Origin: Fidelibacterota bacterium | GTDB taxonomy: Bacteria; Fidelibacterota; Marinisomatia; Marinisomatales; TCS55 | Direction of reading: 5' to 3' | NCBI GenBank assembly: GCA_027251445.1 | Contig: JAPNQO010000079.1 | Location: forward strand, 1-64,000 | DNA: 64,000 bases | In this document: in pieces, positions 38,110-52,147 of the stretch | How the letters are laid out: every line of letters begins with the position of its first letter | Numbering within the stretch: position 1 is the stretch's first letter | The notes under the pieces: generated by a model | Databases searched by the model: none | What the model was told of the DNA's origin: nothing | The model's input: only the letters and a program-made list of their open reading frames with translations | Position numbers and translations under genes: made by a program

Positions 38110-38955
38110 TTATTTATTTAGAGTTTCAAATAAATTTGAATTTGAAGGAAGAACTAAAGTAGTTTTTTTATCTATTATTTTCTTATAGGCTTCTAGTGAT
38201 CTATAAAACTCATAGAACTCTGGATCTTTAGAAAAGGCTTTAGCATATATATCTACAGCTTTTGCTTCCCCCTCTCCTTTTATTTCTTCTGCTTCCTTGT
38301 ATGCATTAGCTAATATAATTGTCTTGTCTTTATCAGTTGAAGCTTTGATTTTCTGAGATTCTTCTTCTCCTTCTGACCTAAATTTATTTGCTTGGCGGAT
38401 TCTCTCTGCTTGCATCCTTCTATATATTGATTCTTCGTTATTCTGTGGTAAGTCAACTCTCTTCAAGCGTACATCTACAACTTCAATTCCATATGGTTTT
38501 GTTGCTATAGCACTTTGCTTAGTTACGGTCTCCATAATTATTTCTCTATTTTCTGTTATTATCTCAGACATAAAATGAGTACCTAATTCTCTTCGTAATT
38601 CTGAATAGACTATATCATCAATACGAGTTTTTGCTATAGGTTCAGTTTGAACAGTCTGAAGAAATAAAAGAGGATCGATTATCTTCCAACGAACATAGTT
38701 ATCAACAATCAAAGATTTTTTATCTTTACTCAATATTTCTTCTGGGGGAACATCATATTCTAGCAGACGCTTATCAAAACTTTGGGCAACTTGTATGGGC
38801 GCTGGCAATTTAAAATTTAATCCCGGCTCCTTAATTATGCGGACTGGTTGTCCAAATTGTAATATCACAACTTGCTCTGTTTCATCAATTGTAAAAACTG
38901 TACTTAAAGTTCCAACAACTAATAAAATAATTAAAATAAGAAATAATCTTTTCAT
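38110..38955 (-). CDS. hflC: Protease modulator HflC
   Basis: SPFH domain; IYRRMQAER..A..FRSEG, DPEFYEFYRSLEAY. Confidence 0.94.
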   Translation of the reverse strand: MKRLFLILIILLVVGTLSTVFTIDETEQVVILQFGQPVRIIKEPGLNFKLPAPIQVAQSFDKRLLEYDVPPEEILSKDKKSLIVDNYVRWKIIDPLLFLQTVQTEPIAKTRIDDIVYSELRRELGTHFMSEIITENREIIMETVTKQSAIATKPYGIEVVDVRLKRVDLPQNNEESIYRRMQAERIRQANKFRSEGEEESQKIKASTDKDKTIILANAYKEAEEIKGEGEAKAVDIYAKAFSKDPEFYEFYRSLEAYKKIIDKKTTLVLPSNSNLFETLNK

Positions 38956-39926
38956 TACTTTGCTCCTTTCGTCCCAGTAAGATTTAAAAGATTTAATAAA
39001 TTGCCATCTTCTCCATTTGGAACAATATATTTATCTATTCCTGGAAGTATCTCTTCCATAGCTTCCAAATATAGCCTTTCTTTCGTTACTTCTTTTGCTT
39101 TGGTATATTCTTTAACAATAGCTTTAAACTTAGCAACATCTCCTTCAGCTCTTTTAATTCTTGATTCACGAAATCCTTCCGATTCACGAATCATAGCTTG
39201 AGCTTGTCCTCTCGCCTTTGGTATTACATCATTCCTATATCCTTCAGCTTCATTAATCATTCTATTTTTATCCTCTTTGGCTGATGCAACATCTTTAAAA
39301 GCATCTATGACCTGCTTTGGTGGACTAACATCCTGTAATTGAACTGCAACAACAATAACTCCAGTTTCATATTTATCTAATATTATTTGAAGTAGTTCTT
39401 TCGTTTCTTCTTGAATCATTAATTTTCCAGAAGTTAGTGCTTCATCAATATTATGCCTTCCTATTACCGTTCTTAAAGATGCCTCAGATGCTTCGCGTAA
39501 AGTTAGTTCTGGTCCAATAAAATTAAATAAGTAATCTATTGGATCTTTGATCTTGTACTGAACAATCAATTCTGCATCCACAATATTTTCATCACCTGTT
39601 AACATTAAACTCTCTTGCTCAATGGTTCTATATTGATTCTTCCCAACAGTTCTGAAACCTATTTCAATTCTCTTGACTTCAGTTACCTTAGGAGTTTTTA
39701 CTGTCTCAATAGGATAGGGTATATGATAATTTAAGCCTGAGCCTACAACTCGATTATATTTTCCAAATCTTTGCACTACGCCAACTTCATCCGGGCCGAC
39801 TGAATACAAACCTAATAACAACCATATAACTATTGCTATTCCAATTGTTGGTAAAACGCCCATTGATAATAATTTATCTGGGACACTTATTTCACTGTCT
39901 CCAATTATTATTCTTTTTGCTGCCAT
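38955..39926 (-). CDS. hflK: FtsH protease modulator HflK
   Basis: MLTGDENIV, PP.QV.DAF.DV..A.ED, ERLYLE. Confidence 0.94.
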   Translation of the reverse strand: MAAKRIIIGDSEISVPDKLLSMGVLPTIGIAIVIWLLLGLYSVGPDEVGVVQRFGKYNRVVGSGLNYHIPYPIETVKTPKVTEVKRIEIGFRTVGKNQYRTIEQESLMLTGDENIVDAELIVQYKIKDPIDYLFNFIGPELTLREASEASLRTVIGRHNIDEALTSGKLMIQEETKELLQIILDKYETGVIVVAVQLQDVSPPKQVIDAFKDVASAKEDKNRMINEAEGYRNDVIPKARGQAQAMIRESEGFRESRIKRAEGDVAKFKAIVKEYTKAKEVTKERLYLEAMEEILPGIDKYIVPNGEDGNLLNLLNLTGTKGAK

Positions 39927-39942
39927 GTTATCTCCTTATTTA

Positions 39943-41280
39943 TTAAATCTTTTTTCGTAATCGAGCCACTGGCAAGTTCAATTGATCACGATATTTTGCT
40001 ACAGTTCTTCTTGCAATTGAATATCCAAATTTTAATAATGATTCTTTTAAATCATCATCACTTAACGGATTATTCTTGTCTTCATTATCAATAATTTTCT
40101 TTAATGTTAATTTAACTTTACTTACACTTATTTTTTCACCATCAAATCGAAGATGATTTTCTGTAAAAAAATATTTCAATTCAAATATACCGTATGGAGT
40201 TTCTACATACTTTCCTCTTGTAGCACGACTTATAGTAGATACATCTAATCCAATAATATCCGATATATCTTTAAGTCTCATAGGTTTAAGCGTGTCAATA
40301 TTTCCATTAAAGAATTCTTGTTGATAAATAATTATCTGTTGCATTACCATGTAAAGCGTCTTTCTGCGCTGATCAATAGCTTCAATAACCCATTTTGCTT
40401 TATTAAAATTATTTTTTAGAAAACTCTTTGTCTTCTTATTATGAGCATCTAAATCACTTATCATATCTTTATATGTTTTGCTTATATTTATTGGCGGGAT
40501 CCAACTATCATTTACAATAATGTCCCATTGGTTACTTCTTTTATTTAAAATTAAATCAGGAATTATTGACTCATCATTAACATATTGTAAACCAAGGCCT
40601 GGTTTCGGGTTTAATTTTGATAATTTTTTAATGGAAATGGAAAGTTCTTTAGGTGAAATATTTTCTTTTCTAGATATTCGATTATATCTTTTATTGATAA
40701 AATCCTCAAAATATTCATTTATTATTTTATATTCAAATGAATCTCTATTATCATCTAATTGTAATATTAAACATTGCTGTAAATCCTTTGAAGCTAACCC
40801 TGGCGGATCAAGGTGTTGAACTTTATATAAAATATGATTTATTTCTTTTTCAGTTTTTCCATATCGATCAGCAATTAAAAATAAATCAATAGATAAATAA
40901 CCTCTATCATCTAGGTTATAAATGATTTCTTCTGCTATTGATTTTTCAACAGGTTTTAAGTCAAGATCATGTATTTGATCAATTATCTTTTCCAGCAGGT
41001 TTTTTTCTGCAGAAATCTGAAAAGAATTATCTTTTTTAGGCTCATAAATTTGATTGGCTTCATAAATATCATCCCAATCATCATTTTCATCCTCTTTCAA
41101 ATTTGATTCACTATCATCTCTAACTGTTTCAGAAGGCTCAAGAATAGGATTTTTTTCAAATTCTTCTAAAATATATTTATCTAAGCTAGAATTATTTAAT
41201 TGTAATAATGTTGCTTCTAAAATTTGTTGGGGTGATAGACTTTGTTTTTGCTGTAATTCTTGCTTAAGCATAATAATCAA
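39943..41280 (-). CDS. rpoN: RNA polymerase sigma-54 factor
   Basis: Gln-rich N-terminus, STISRA, RpoN box ARRTVAKYR. Confidence 0.96.
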   Translation of the reverse strand: MIIMLKQELQQKQSLSPQQILEATLLQLNNSSLDKYILEEFEKNPILEPSETVRDDSESNLKEDENDDWDDIYEANQIYEPKKDNSFQISAEKNLLEKIIDQIHDLDLKPVEKSIAEEIIYNLDDRGYLSIDLFLIADRYGKTEKEINHILYKVQHLDPPGLASKDLQQCLILQLDDNRDSFEYKIINEYFEDFINKRYNRISRKENISPKELSISIKKLSKLNPKPGLGLQYVNDESIIPDLILNKRSNQWDIIVNDSWIPPINISKTYKDMISDLDAHNKKTKSFLKNNFNKAKWVIEAIDQRRKTLYMVMQQIIIYQQEFFNGNIDTLKPMRLKDISDIIGLDVSTISRATRGKYVETPYGIFELKYFFTENHLRFDGEKISVSKVKLTLKKIIDNEDKNNPLSDDDLKESLLKFGYSIARRTVAKYRDQLNLPVARLRKKI

Positions 41281-42014
41281 TTCAAACGAAAACTTTTTCC
41301 TAGATAAAGTTTGCGGGTTTCTTCGTCATTTGCTAAAAACTCAGATGTCCCTGATTTTAAAATCACACCATTAAATAACAAATATGACCTATCTGTAATA
41401 GATAGAGTTTCTCTTACATTGTGATCAGTAATTAAAACACCTATTTCTTTTTCCTTTAAAGATTTAACTATTGACTGAATATCCTCAACAGCAATTGGAT
41501 CAACTCCAGCAAAAGGTTCATCCAGTAGTATAAAATCAGGATCCATAGATAAAGCTCTACAAATTTCAACTCTTCGTCGCTCTCCACCGGATAAATTAGC
41601 ACCCATACTGTCTCTTATATGCTGTATAGACATTTCATCCAATAAACTTTCTATTTTATCATTTTGTTCATTTTTAGTTAGTCCAGACATTTCAAGGACT
41701 AGCTTTAGATTGTTTTCGACAGTTAATTTCCCAAATATTGAAGGTTCCTGAGCTAAATATCCAATACCACTTCTTGCGCGAAGATACATAGCTTTAGAAG
41801 TTATATCCTTATCATCTAAAAAAATATTTCCCTTAGATGGCTTTATCATGCCAGTTATCATATAAAAGGTTGTCGTTTTACCAGCTCCATTTGGCCCAAG
41901 CAAACCAATTATTTCCCCTTTTTTAACTTCAATGTCAACATCAGATACTACCCAACGATTACCATATTGTTTATACAGGCCTTCAGCGCGTAATTGTTTA
42001 TGATTTCTATCCAT
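41277..42014 (-). CDS. lptB: LPS export ABC transporter ATP-binding protein
   Basis: GPNGAGKTT, YLAQEPSIF, LSGGERRRVEI, DEPFAGVDP, TDHNVRETL. Confidence 0.96.
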   Translation of the reverse strand: MDRNHKQLRAEGLYKQYGNRWVVSDVDIEVKKGEIIGLLGPNGAGKTTTFYMITGMIKPSKGNIFLDDKDITSKAMYLRARSGIGYLAQEPSIFGKLTVENNLKLVLEMSGLTKNEQNDKIESLLDEMSIQHIRDSMGANLSGGERRRVEICRALSMDPDFILLDEPFAGVDPIAVEDIQSIVKSLKEKEIGVLITDHNVRETLSITDRSYLLFNGVILKSGTSEFLANDEETRKLYLGKSFRLN

Positions 42015-42531
42015 TTTTCTGATTCGTCACACCTGATGGATATAGTATTTTCCAATGATTTAAGCCTACATCTGATTCAAAGCCACTTCCATAAAGAGTA
42101 TCATTCTTTTCTGTAGTTAAGACTATTGGAGAAGCAGTGTAAATAATTTCTTTTTTTGAATCCCATTTCAATGTATCAGTATAAAGAGTTACACCACTAT
42201 CCGAAACAACTACAACATTTTCAATTGCCGTCATAAAGTTTGTCTTTTCATCAATCTCAGCAATCATTGATTTTAAATTAGTAGTATGTATCTCTTGTTC
42301 GTCAAAAAAATCAACATCTACGTTCTGATTCAAAAAAATATAATTTTTTTCATTATATTTTTCTAGATGACCTGCTTTAACAAGTGCTCTCATTACACCT
42401 TCATCAGTTAAAGTAATTTCTACATTCCAACTTTCCTGATCTGGCAAGCCTTCTCTTGAATCTATATTTGTCTCATGTTCAATATTTGAACAATTTACAT
42501 TTATAATTAATAGTAATATGAAAACTCTCAT
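42007..42531 (-). CDS. lptC: LPS export periplasmic protein LptC
   Basis: PDQESW, L.TDTL.WD, G.GFESD motifs of FCB-type LptC; adjacent to lptB. Confidence 0.85.
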   Translation of the reverse strand: MRVFILLLIINVNCSNIEHETNIDSREGLPDQESWNVEITLTDEGVMRALVKAGHLEKYNEKNYIFLNQNVDVDFFDEQEIHTTNLKSMIAEIDEKTNFMTAIENVVVVSDSGVTLYTDTLKWDSKKEIIYTASPIVLTTEKNDTLYGSGFESDVGLNHWKILYPSGVTNQKNG

Positions 42532-42534
42532 AAT

Positions 42535-43137
42535 TTATTTTGATAATAAAGAATTCTTCATTAATTGAATTCCTTCTTCATAACGCCCTTGGCAAATCAC
42601 AATCCAATCTACTGCTTCACGAAATGCGCCATCTCCACCACATAATGATGTTGTATAAATTGCTTTTTCTTTAACTAAATGGTACGCATTTGCAACAGCA
42701 ATAGGCACTCCAACTTGTTCCATTAAACTAATATCAATTATATCATCACCTATGAAAGCACAATTTTCATCTGATAAATTATATTTTAATTTTAATTCAT
42801 TATAAGGTTTCATCTTATTTAGTGTACCATTATAAACATCAGTTATATTCAATTCATTAGCACGTATTTCCGTTGCAGTAGATTTACGTCCTGAAATAAT
42901 AGCAATATGAAAATTTAATAATCGAGCTAAAGCCACACCAGCTCCATCGAGGACAGAAAATTTTTTTAATTCAAAATTATTAAAGCTTTTATAAGTGATT
43001 TCATTTCCACCTTTATAAATAGCACCATCTGTTAAAACTCCATCAACATCTGCGATTATAAGTTTTACTTTTTTTGCTCGTTCAATAATTTTTTTATCGA
43101 ATTTATTTTGAAAATCTTTTTTGGAATAAATATCCAT
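42535..43137 (-). CDS. kdsC: KDO 8-phosphate phosphatase (HAD family)
   Basis: DVDGVLTDG, ISGR, IGDDIID, GG.GAFRE. Confidence 0.92.
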   Translation of the reverse strand: MDIYSKKDFQNKFDKKIIERAKKVKLIIADVDGVLTDGAIYKGGNEITYKSFNNFELKKFSVLDGAGVALARLLNFHIAIISGRKSTATEIRANELNITDVYNGTLNKMKPYNELKLKYNLSDENCAFIGDDIIDISLMEQVGVPIAVANAYHLVKEKAIYTTSLCGGDGAFREAVDWIVICQGRYEEGIQLMKNSLLSK

Positions 43138-43145
43138 ATCATTAG

Positions 43146-45466
<2,321 letters not shown>

Positions 45467-45588
45467 GAGTGTTCCTTCTTTCCTATCAAAGGGAAAAGTG
45501 AAAATTTAATGTTACCCATAAGATGATTCCCGAATTCAAGGATTAAAATTTATTAAATACTATCATCAATTAAGAATGAAAAATAAGT

Positions 45589-46842
45589 TTATTCATATCT
45601 TAATGATTCAATTGGATCAAGATTAGATGCTCTCCATGCGGGATATATACCAAACCCAATTCCAATTATTGAACAGACAATTAAACCGTATATGGCCCAA
45701 TCCACCGGGATTACAGCAGGGACTTTAAAAATAAAAGCTACTACATTTCCTCCAGCAATACCAAGAATTACCCCAACAATACCACCAAATTCACTTAAAA
45801 AAATTGCTTCAGTTAAAAATTGAGTAAGTATATCACTACGTGTTGCCCCAATTGCTTTTCGTATACCAATTTCTTTAATTCTATCTGTTACAGAAACAAG
45901 CATAATATTCATGATGCCAATTCCAGCAACTAATAATGCGATGACACTTATAGATAAAGCAAACATCTTAATACCACTAGTGAAGCCAGAAAAGCGTTCG
46001 ATCATTTCTGCATTTGATTCAATTTCAAAATCATTTTCTTCTCCGGGAGGCACTTTTCGAATAGTCCTCAATAAGCCAATTGCTTCATCCATCGTTTTAT
46101 CATATTGCTCTGCTGAAGGTGCCTCAACACTTATAGATAAAGTCGTCCATCGATTTTTAAAGTGCTGTAAAAAGTTAGTAATAGGTATTGCAACATAGTT
46201 GTCTTGGCTACCACCAAAGGCCTCACCTTTTCTTTCTGTAATTCCAATTACATTATAATCTAGGCCTCTTATTTGAATCGTTTTCCCTATGGGGTCTTCA
46301 AAAGGAAACAAACGATCTACAACGTCCATACCCAGTAAACAAACATTACGTGCAGAGTGAACATCATCAGTAGTTACATTTCTTCCATCTGCAATAAATG
46401 TATTATACGTTCTGACTGTCCCTTCATCTCCGCCAATCAACTCAATCGATCTTTTGACAGTTTTATCCCTATATTTAACATTTCTAGCGCTTGTTCCCTC
46501 TGAGACACTAACCATTATAGGTATTTTAGCTCTACGTTTAAATTCTTCATATTGCGGGTAATCAATATTTTTTCGATTTCTGTATTTTTCATCTCCCCGC
46601 CTATCAACCATAATACCTGGCCATTTTTGAATTACAAATGTATTGGTTCCAAAGACATTTAAACCTGATTCAACAGATGATTCAAGTGTTCGTATTGCAG
46701 TCATTACTCCAATGACGGAAAAAACACCTATACTTATTCCAAGTAAAGTTAGAATTGATCGTAATTTATTTTGCCGAATGGCATCAATAGCCATACGAAA
46801 ACTTTCTTTAATACCATTTTTTGTTCTAGTTAATCCAATCAT
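45589..46842 (-). CDS. MacB/FtsX-family ABC permease
   Basis: RSILTLLGI.IG, GIGIMNIMLVSV..R..EIGIRKAIGA, LDPIESLRYE. Confidence 0.93.
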   Translation of the reverse strand: MIGLTRTKNGIKESFRMAIDAIRQNKLRSILTLLGISIGVFSVIGVMTAIRTLESSVESGLNVFGTNTFVIQKWPGIMVDRRGDEKYRNRKNIDYPQYEEFKRRAKIPIMVSVSEGTSARNVKYRDKTVKRSIELIGGDEGTVRTYNTFIADGRNVTTDDVHSARNVCLLGMDVVDRLFPFEDPIGKTIQIRGLDYNVIGITERKGEAFGGSQDNYVAIPITNFLQHFKNRWTTLSISVEAPSAEQYDKTMDEAIGLLRTIRKVPPGEENDFEIESNAEMIERFSGFTSGIKMFALSISVIALLVAGIGIMNIMLVSVTDRIKEIGIRKAIGATRSDILTQFLTEAIFLSEFGGIVGVILGIAGGNVVAFIFKVPAVIPVDWAIYGLIVCSIIGIGFGIYPAWRASNLDPIESLRYE

Positions 46843-46845
46843 CCT

Positions 46846-48048
46846 TTACTCATACCGTAAAGCTTCAATAGGGTCTAATTGAGCAGCCTGGTAAGAAGGT
46901 ACTATGCCAGATATTACACCAACAAAAATACTCATTATAATAGAAGATATAGATAGCCACAAAGGTAAGGTTGATGGAAAGATTTTATTTATGAAAAAGC
47001 TTACACCAAAAGCTAAAGTTAAGCCAATTAATCCACCAATTACACATATCGTGATAGCTTCAAATAAAAATTGGGTTAATATCATATTAGGGGTGGCTCC
47101 AATTGCCTTCCGCACGCCTATTTCACGGGTTCTTTCTTTTACCGATACAAACATAATATTCATAATTCCTATTCCTCCTACTATAAGAGAAAGAATTGTT
47201 ATAAACAAACCTGTACCGCCAATTGCATATTTTAAAGTATTGTATTGCGTTTCAAACGCTTTAGTTTGATTAATAGCAAAATCATCTTTTTCTCCAGGCT
47301 TTAATCCTCTTATTCTCCTCATTACAGCTTGTAATTCACTTTTTGCATCATCTATTTTTTGCTCATTGACCTTAACGCTTAAGCGCATGAACCCCCTTTT
47401 TGAAAATAATCTAGTATATGCCCCTAAAGGAAGGATGGCCTGATTGTCAACGCTAAACAGCCCAAGAAACTTTCCCTGCTTTTCCAATACACCAATCACT
47501 CTAAATTTTATTCCGTCTATTTTTATATACTTACCAATTGGATTTTGGTATTCAAAAAAAGCATCTTGTATACCACTACCAATAATAGTAACTCTAGAAC
47601 CCGATCTTTCTTCATTTTCAGTAAAAAACCTGCCAACCTTGATATCTTCATTGACAGTTTCCATGTAATCTACATTTGTTCCAAAAATTTGTGTTTGCGT
47701 GTTTTTGTCGCCAAAAGATAAAGAAGCTCCTCTTTGCATAACAGGAGATACCGCAAGTGCATAATCAGACATTTCTCTAATTTTATCTTCGTAAGATAAT
47801 TTCATTCGTGGTCTATTTCGAACTTCCCACCATTCCATATCACTAAACCACTCCCAACGACTAATATATAAAATATCTTTTCCAAGCCATGACATACTAT
47901 TCTCAAAGGAACGATCTAAGCCAGAAATAAGTGTCCCCATTACCGTTACGGATAAAACACCAATAATAATCCCTAAAGCAGTAAGACTTGAACGTAGTTT
48001 GTTCATATAAATTGATGATATAGAAATACGTAAACTTTCGAAAAACAT
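46846..48048 (-). CDS. MacB/FtsX-family ABC permease
   Basis: GGIGIMNIMFVSVKERTREIGVRKAIGA, LDPIEALRYE. Confidence 0.93.
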   Translation of the reverse strand: MFFESLRISISSIYMNKLRSSLTALGIIIGVLSVTVMGTLISGLDRSFENSMSWLGKDILYISRWEWFSDMEWWEVRNRPRMKLSYEDKIREMSDYALAVSPVMQRGASLSFGDKNTQTQIFGTNVDYMETVNEDIKVGRFFTENEERSGSRVTIIGSGIQDAFFEYQNPIGKYIKIDGIKFRVIGVLEKQGKFLGLFSVDNQAILPLGAYTRLFSKRGFMRLSVKVNEQKIDDAKSELQAVMRRIRGLKPGEKDDFAINQTKAFETQYNTLKYAIGGTGLFITILSLIVGGIGIMNIMFVSVKERTREIGVRKAIGATPNMILTQFLFEAITICVIGGLIGLTLAFGVSFFINKIFPSTLPLWLSISSIIMSIFVGVISGIVPSYQAAQLDPIEALRYE

Positions 48049-48053
48049 GATAA

Positions 48054-48746
48054 TTATTTCTTTTTAACTACCTTATCTTCCTTAATCTTTCCATCAAAAA
48101 TATTGATAATGCGATGAGCGTGTTTAGCAATATATTCTTCATGTGTTACAAGAATTATAGTATTTCCTCTAGAAAATAGGTTATCTAATATATTCATAAT
48201 TTCATCACCACTTTTTGAATCTAGGTTCCCTGTAGGCTCGTCAGCGAGGATAATTGATGGATCATTTACTAATGCTCTAGCAATTGCAACCCTTTGGCGT
48301 TGACCTCCGGATAATTCATTTGGACGATGATACATTCTATCCTCCAAACCAACTTCTGTTAATGCTTTGATTGCTTTTTCTATACGTTGATCTTTAGGAA
48401 TATTAGAGTATATAAGTGGAACTTCAACATTATGTAAAGCAGTTGCTTTAGGTAGCAAATTAAAAGTTTGAAATACAAATCCAATTTTACGGTTTCTTAT
48501 AGATGCCAATTGATTATCATCCATATCATGTACAAGTTCACCCTCAAATTCATAAGTTCCAGCACTTGGTGTATCAAGACAACCAATCATATTCATTAAT
48601 GTTGATTTTCCAGAACCGGAAGGCCCCATAATAGAAATATATTCATTATGATTAATATTTAAATCAACTCCATCTAAAGCCCGAACTAATTCATCCCCAA
48701 CCTCATAATGACGTTTTATACTCTGAAGTGATATTAAAGAACCCAA
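48054..48746 (-). CDS. MacB/LolD-type ABC ATP-binding protein
   Basis: [32 protein letters not shown]. Confidence 0.95.
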   Translation of the reverse strand: MGSLISLQSIKRHYEVGDELVRALDGVDLNINHNEYISIMGPSGSGKSTLMNMIGCLDTPSAGTYEFEGELVHDMDDNQLASIRNRKIGFVFQTFNLLPKATALHNVEVPLIYSNIPKDQRIEKAIKALTEVGLEDRMYHRPNELSGGQRQRVAIARALVNDPSIILADEPTGNLDSKSGDEIMNILDNLFSRGNTIILVTHEEYIAKHAHRIINIFDGKIKEDKVVKKK

Positions 48747-48755
48747 ATGAAACGT

Positions 48756-50066
48756 TTAATCCTTATCATCTTTTTCAGTACTTACCTGCACGTTGTGCTT
48801 TAACTCTTTACTTACAGCTTTATAGTTGCCAATTACTATTAAATCATTCTCGTCTAATCCATTTATTAACTCATAATGAGTTTCACTTGAGATTCCCACA
48901 GTAACTGGTCTAATATGAACAAATTGACTTCCCCGTTTATACTTCTTTTCTTTCATATTTTTAACTAATGAAATTTTTCCATCTCGTAAAACACCTCCCT
49001 GTTTATCAGATATAATAAATACAAGTTCTTCTAACTCTTTTTTCTTAGGTGTGTCATCTTCTTCTTCATTATTACTCCATTTCTTTCTATCTCCTGAAAC
49101 AAATAATTTATTTTCTGAGCCAAACTCCCTAACAGTTAAACTCTGTATAGGAATAGATAAGGCATTTTTTCTTACTTCCGTAATTATATTTGCTGTAGCG
49201 CTCATTCCTGGTCGAATATTAGGGGGAACATTAATCATGCGTACCTTTACCTTGAAATTAGTTACTTGTTCTTGGCTCCCAAAGTTTGAGGTTTCAGCCA
49301 TATGTGCAATTTCACTTACTACTCCATAAAATACTGTATCCAAATATGCATCAATTTCAATTTCAGATGTATCTCCTATTGAAATACTAACTACATCATT
49401 TTCATTTACATCAACAATGACTTCCATTCTACTAAGGTCTGCTATAATCATTAATACATCTAAAGAGAACATGCCTCCCATGGCCATCTCGCCAGCTTCT
49501 TTATTAATCCTTGTAACAATACCATTTTGTGGAGAAACTAATCTTGCTTTATCTAATGCATCTTGTGATACAAGTAAGCTTGCACGCGCTTGATCAAGTT
49601 GACTTCTTGAAATTTCATATGCAGCTTGTGCTCCCTCAAGTTCTTGGTCAGAAGCAAGCCCTTGTTCATATATTCGCTCAACGCGTTCTTTATTCGCTTT
49701 ATCTTGTTTCACTCTAGCCGAAGCAGAACGAACTGAAGAGGTTACTTGATCAACATTAGCCTGTAATTGTTTTCTATCAAGTGAAATAAGATGTTGATTC
49801 TTTTTAACATATTCTCCTTCAACTACGGTTATAGAATCAATAATTGCAGAAGAAGTCGCGCTTATTTTTACTTCACTTTCAGGTTGTATTTTTCCGCTTG
49901 CATTCACTTTTTGAATGATCGTCTTCCTGCCAACTTTTTCAGTCTCTACATTAATAACTTCTGAATCGTCACGGAAAATATTTCCAAGTATGATAAAAAT
50001 TATTAGTAGCCCAATAAGCCCCGAAATAAATAATTTTTTGTTCTTTTTATACAGTTTTTTTATCAC
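48756..50066 (-). CDS. MacA-like periplasmic adaptor (membrane fusion protein)
   Basis: N-terminal TM, ASGKIQP, coiled coil, [14 protein letters not shown]. Confidence 0.92.
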   Translation of the reverse strand: MIKKLYKKNKKLFISGLIGLLIIFIILGNIFRDDSEVINVETEKVGRKTIIQKVNASGKIQPESEVKISATSSAIIDSITVVEGEYVKKNQHLISLDRKQLQANVDQVTSSVRSASARVKQDKANKERVERIYEQGLASDQELEGAQAAYEISRSQLDQARASLLVSQDALDKARLVSPQNGIVTRINKEAGEMAMGGMFSLDVLMIIADLSRMEVIVDVNENDVVSISIGDTSEIEIDAYLDTVFYGVVSEIAHMAETSNFGSQEQVTNFKVKVRMINVPPNIRPGMSATANIITEVRKNALSIPIQSLTVREFGSENKLFVSGDRKKWSNNEEEDDTPKKKELEELVFIISDKQGGVLRDGKISLVKNMKEKKYKRGSQFVHIRPVTVGISSETHYELINGLDENDLIVIGNYKAVSKELKHNVQVSTEKDDKD

Positions 50067-50084
50067 TTTAATCTCCTAAAATAT

Positions 50085-51401
50085 TTATAAAGCTGTATCT
50101 AGCGTACCTAAGATAGCTTTCAAGTTTGCTTGTTCAATCATACTATCATATTTACTTCGAATTAATGATGATCGTGCACTAACTAAAGATACCTGAGCAT
50201 CCAATACTTCTAAAATACTCGCTGACCCCAAACTATATCGCTCCTGAACTAATTTTACATCTTCTTCAGCAGAAGCCAATACTTTTTCATTGATAGGTAT
50301 GACTTCATTATAATAATTAAGTTGGTCGAGAATTACCTGTAACTGAACTGATAAATCTTGTAGTTGTGTTAAATATTCAGATTCCTGTTTTCTTACATTT
50401 AATTTAGCCTGTTGAATAGTAGTAGATAATGTATTTCCAGTGTATATCGGTATTGAAAAAGATAAACTAGTATTCATTCTCCAATTCTCATCCCATTCTT
50501 TTGATAATGCCTGAAAATCTTCAGAATTACCTGAATAATTTGCTGATGCAGAAATATTTGGTAATCTAGACCCTTTTGTAATTTTTTCGCTGTACTCAGC
50601 ATTTATTATTTGATGTTTCTTAGCTAGAACGCTTGGATTAGATTTTTGGATCAATTCAAATCCATTTTCAAAATCAGGAATTGTATCTAATGAAAATAAA
50701 TCACCATTCGTCGTAAAATCTCTTTCAGTTCTTACTATTCCCATTGCATTCTTTAAACTTAAATATGCATTTTTTAATACAGCTTCATTATTTATTACAT
50801 CCACACGTGTCTGCCCATATCTAACTTCTGCTTTTAATAAATCTGTCTTCCTGGCGGATCCTAATTCAAAACGTTGCTTTGTTAAGGCCAATTGCTGCTG
50901 TGAACTGTTAAAATTACTTTGAGCTACATCAAGCAATTGTAAAGATTTTAAATAGTTAAAAAAATTCCTATGTACTTCCCTTATTATGTTAATTTTTACT
51001 TGCCTATTAAACTGCTCTGCAATTTTATAGCTATTTTTTGATTGTGCTATACTATTCCACCACTTTCCTCCATCATATATATTTTGTGATAAAGAAACTC
51101 CTGCTGAAGAACTCTTAAGATTACTTATGCTACCCAAAGTAATTTCTCCTGTAGTGGGGTTATACCCTCCTTCTTGTTGCGGGAAACTTGATTCACTTAC
51201 ATTACCGGATAATATTAGTGAAGGTAAAATATTGCTATACGACCCTTTAACGCTTTGCCTTGAACTTTCTAGATCTAATGCGGACGCCTTTAATGCTTCT
51301 TTATTTGTAAGAGCAATTTGTATACAATCAGATAGTGATAAGATTTCTTTTTGAGCATAGCTCAGCGAAATAATAAATATAAAAATTAATCTTCTATACA
51401 T
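50085..51401 (-). CDS. TolC-family outer membrane efflux protein
   Basis: LSLSDCIQIAL, RFELGSA...DLL.AEV, RYSLGSASILEVLDAQ. Confidence 0.92.
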   Translation of the reverse strand: MYRRLIFIFIISLSYAQKEILSLSDCIQIALTNKEALKASALDLESSRQSVKGSYSNILPSLILSGNVSESSFPQQEGGYNPTTGEITLGSISNLKSSSAGVSLSQNIYDGGKWWNSIAQSKNSYKIAEQFNRQVKINIIREVHRNFFNYLKSLQLLDVAQSNFNSSQQQLALTKQRFELGSARKTDLLKAEVRYGQTRVDVINNEAVLKNAYLSLKNAMGIVRTERDFTTNGDLFSLDTIPDFENGFELIQKSNPSVLAKKHQIINAEYSEKITKGSRLPNISASANYSGNSEDFQALSKEWDENWRMNTSLSFSIPIYTGNTLSTTIQQAKLNVRKQESEYLTQLQDLSVQLQVILDQLNYYNEVIPINEKVLASAEEDVKLVQERYSLGSASILEVLDAQVSLVSARSSLIRSKYDSMIEQANLKAILGTLDTAL

Positions 51402-51406
51402 AATTA

Positions 51407-52114
51407 TTAAGTAAAAAGTGAGCCAAGTAATGCAAAAATGCTAATTTGAAATAACCAATAAATAAAAACACCTATAATAAAAGGTTTGGCAGGTTTACTA
51501 AAATAAATACCCATTCCAACACCAATAAGTACAATACGCCAAAGACTAAAAAGATCCATAGATGCAAAAAAATTATTAATAAATGTTCCATCTTCACCAA
51601 TATTAAGTAAACCAAGACCAGTATGTACATTAATAGACCATTTATTAAGCATTAATGGTATTTTTATAACAGTTTCAAGAACGTTTACCAAATAAGAACA
51701 TGAAATAAAGGGTAATAATTGTGAATAACTTGTCTTTTCACCAAAGAAGAACTTCACTATCAATAATACAATTAAAGTCATCATGATAACTCGGAGAGGC
51801 CCTGCAAAAATATTTGTTAACCACATCATCATAACAGAAAATGTAGAAGGATTCTCAAAAGATTCATAAATACTCTTTAATGCATCATCTTTTTGGTCAT
51901 CAGGTATCTGTGAGCTATTTTCAATCCATTTAACTGACTGCTCAAGTTGAACATCATAATACAGATCCTTTAACAACAAAAGGCCTATAGCTCCTAAAAC
52001 CATTAATACTGCTAATGGCATTAGAGATATTTTCCAATCATTACCTTTTTTCAACTCCTGAAAAGAAATAGTTGGATCTGTAAAAATATTTATAAATAAA
52101 GCTAAATATTTCAT
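51407..52114 (-). CDS. Yip1-domain membrane protein
   Basis: IF..P...F..L N-terminus, about five TM helices, DLF.LW motif; first gene of the exporter operon. Confidence 0.75.
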   Translation of the reverse strand: MKYLALFINIFTDPTISFQELKKGNDWKISLMPLAVLMVLGAIGLLLLKDLYYDVQLEQSVKWIENSSQIPDDQKDDALKSIYESFENPSTFSVMMMWLTNIFAGPLRVIMMTLIVLLIVKFFFGEKTSYSQLLPFISCSYLVNVLETVIKIPLMLNKWSINVHTGLGLLNIGEDGTFINNFFASMDLFSLWRIVLIGVGMGIYFSKPAKPFIIGVFIYWLFQISIFALLGSLFT

Positions 52115-52147
52115 AAAGCTAATTACTACCTCGGTTAATAAAATAAA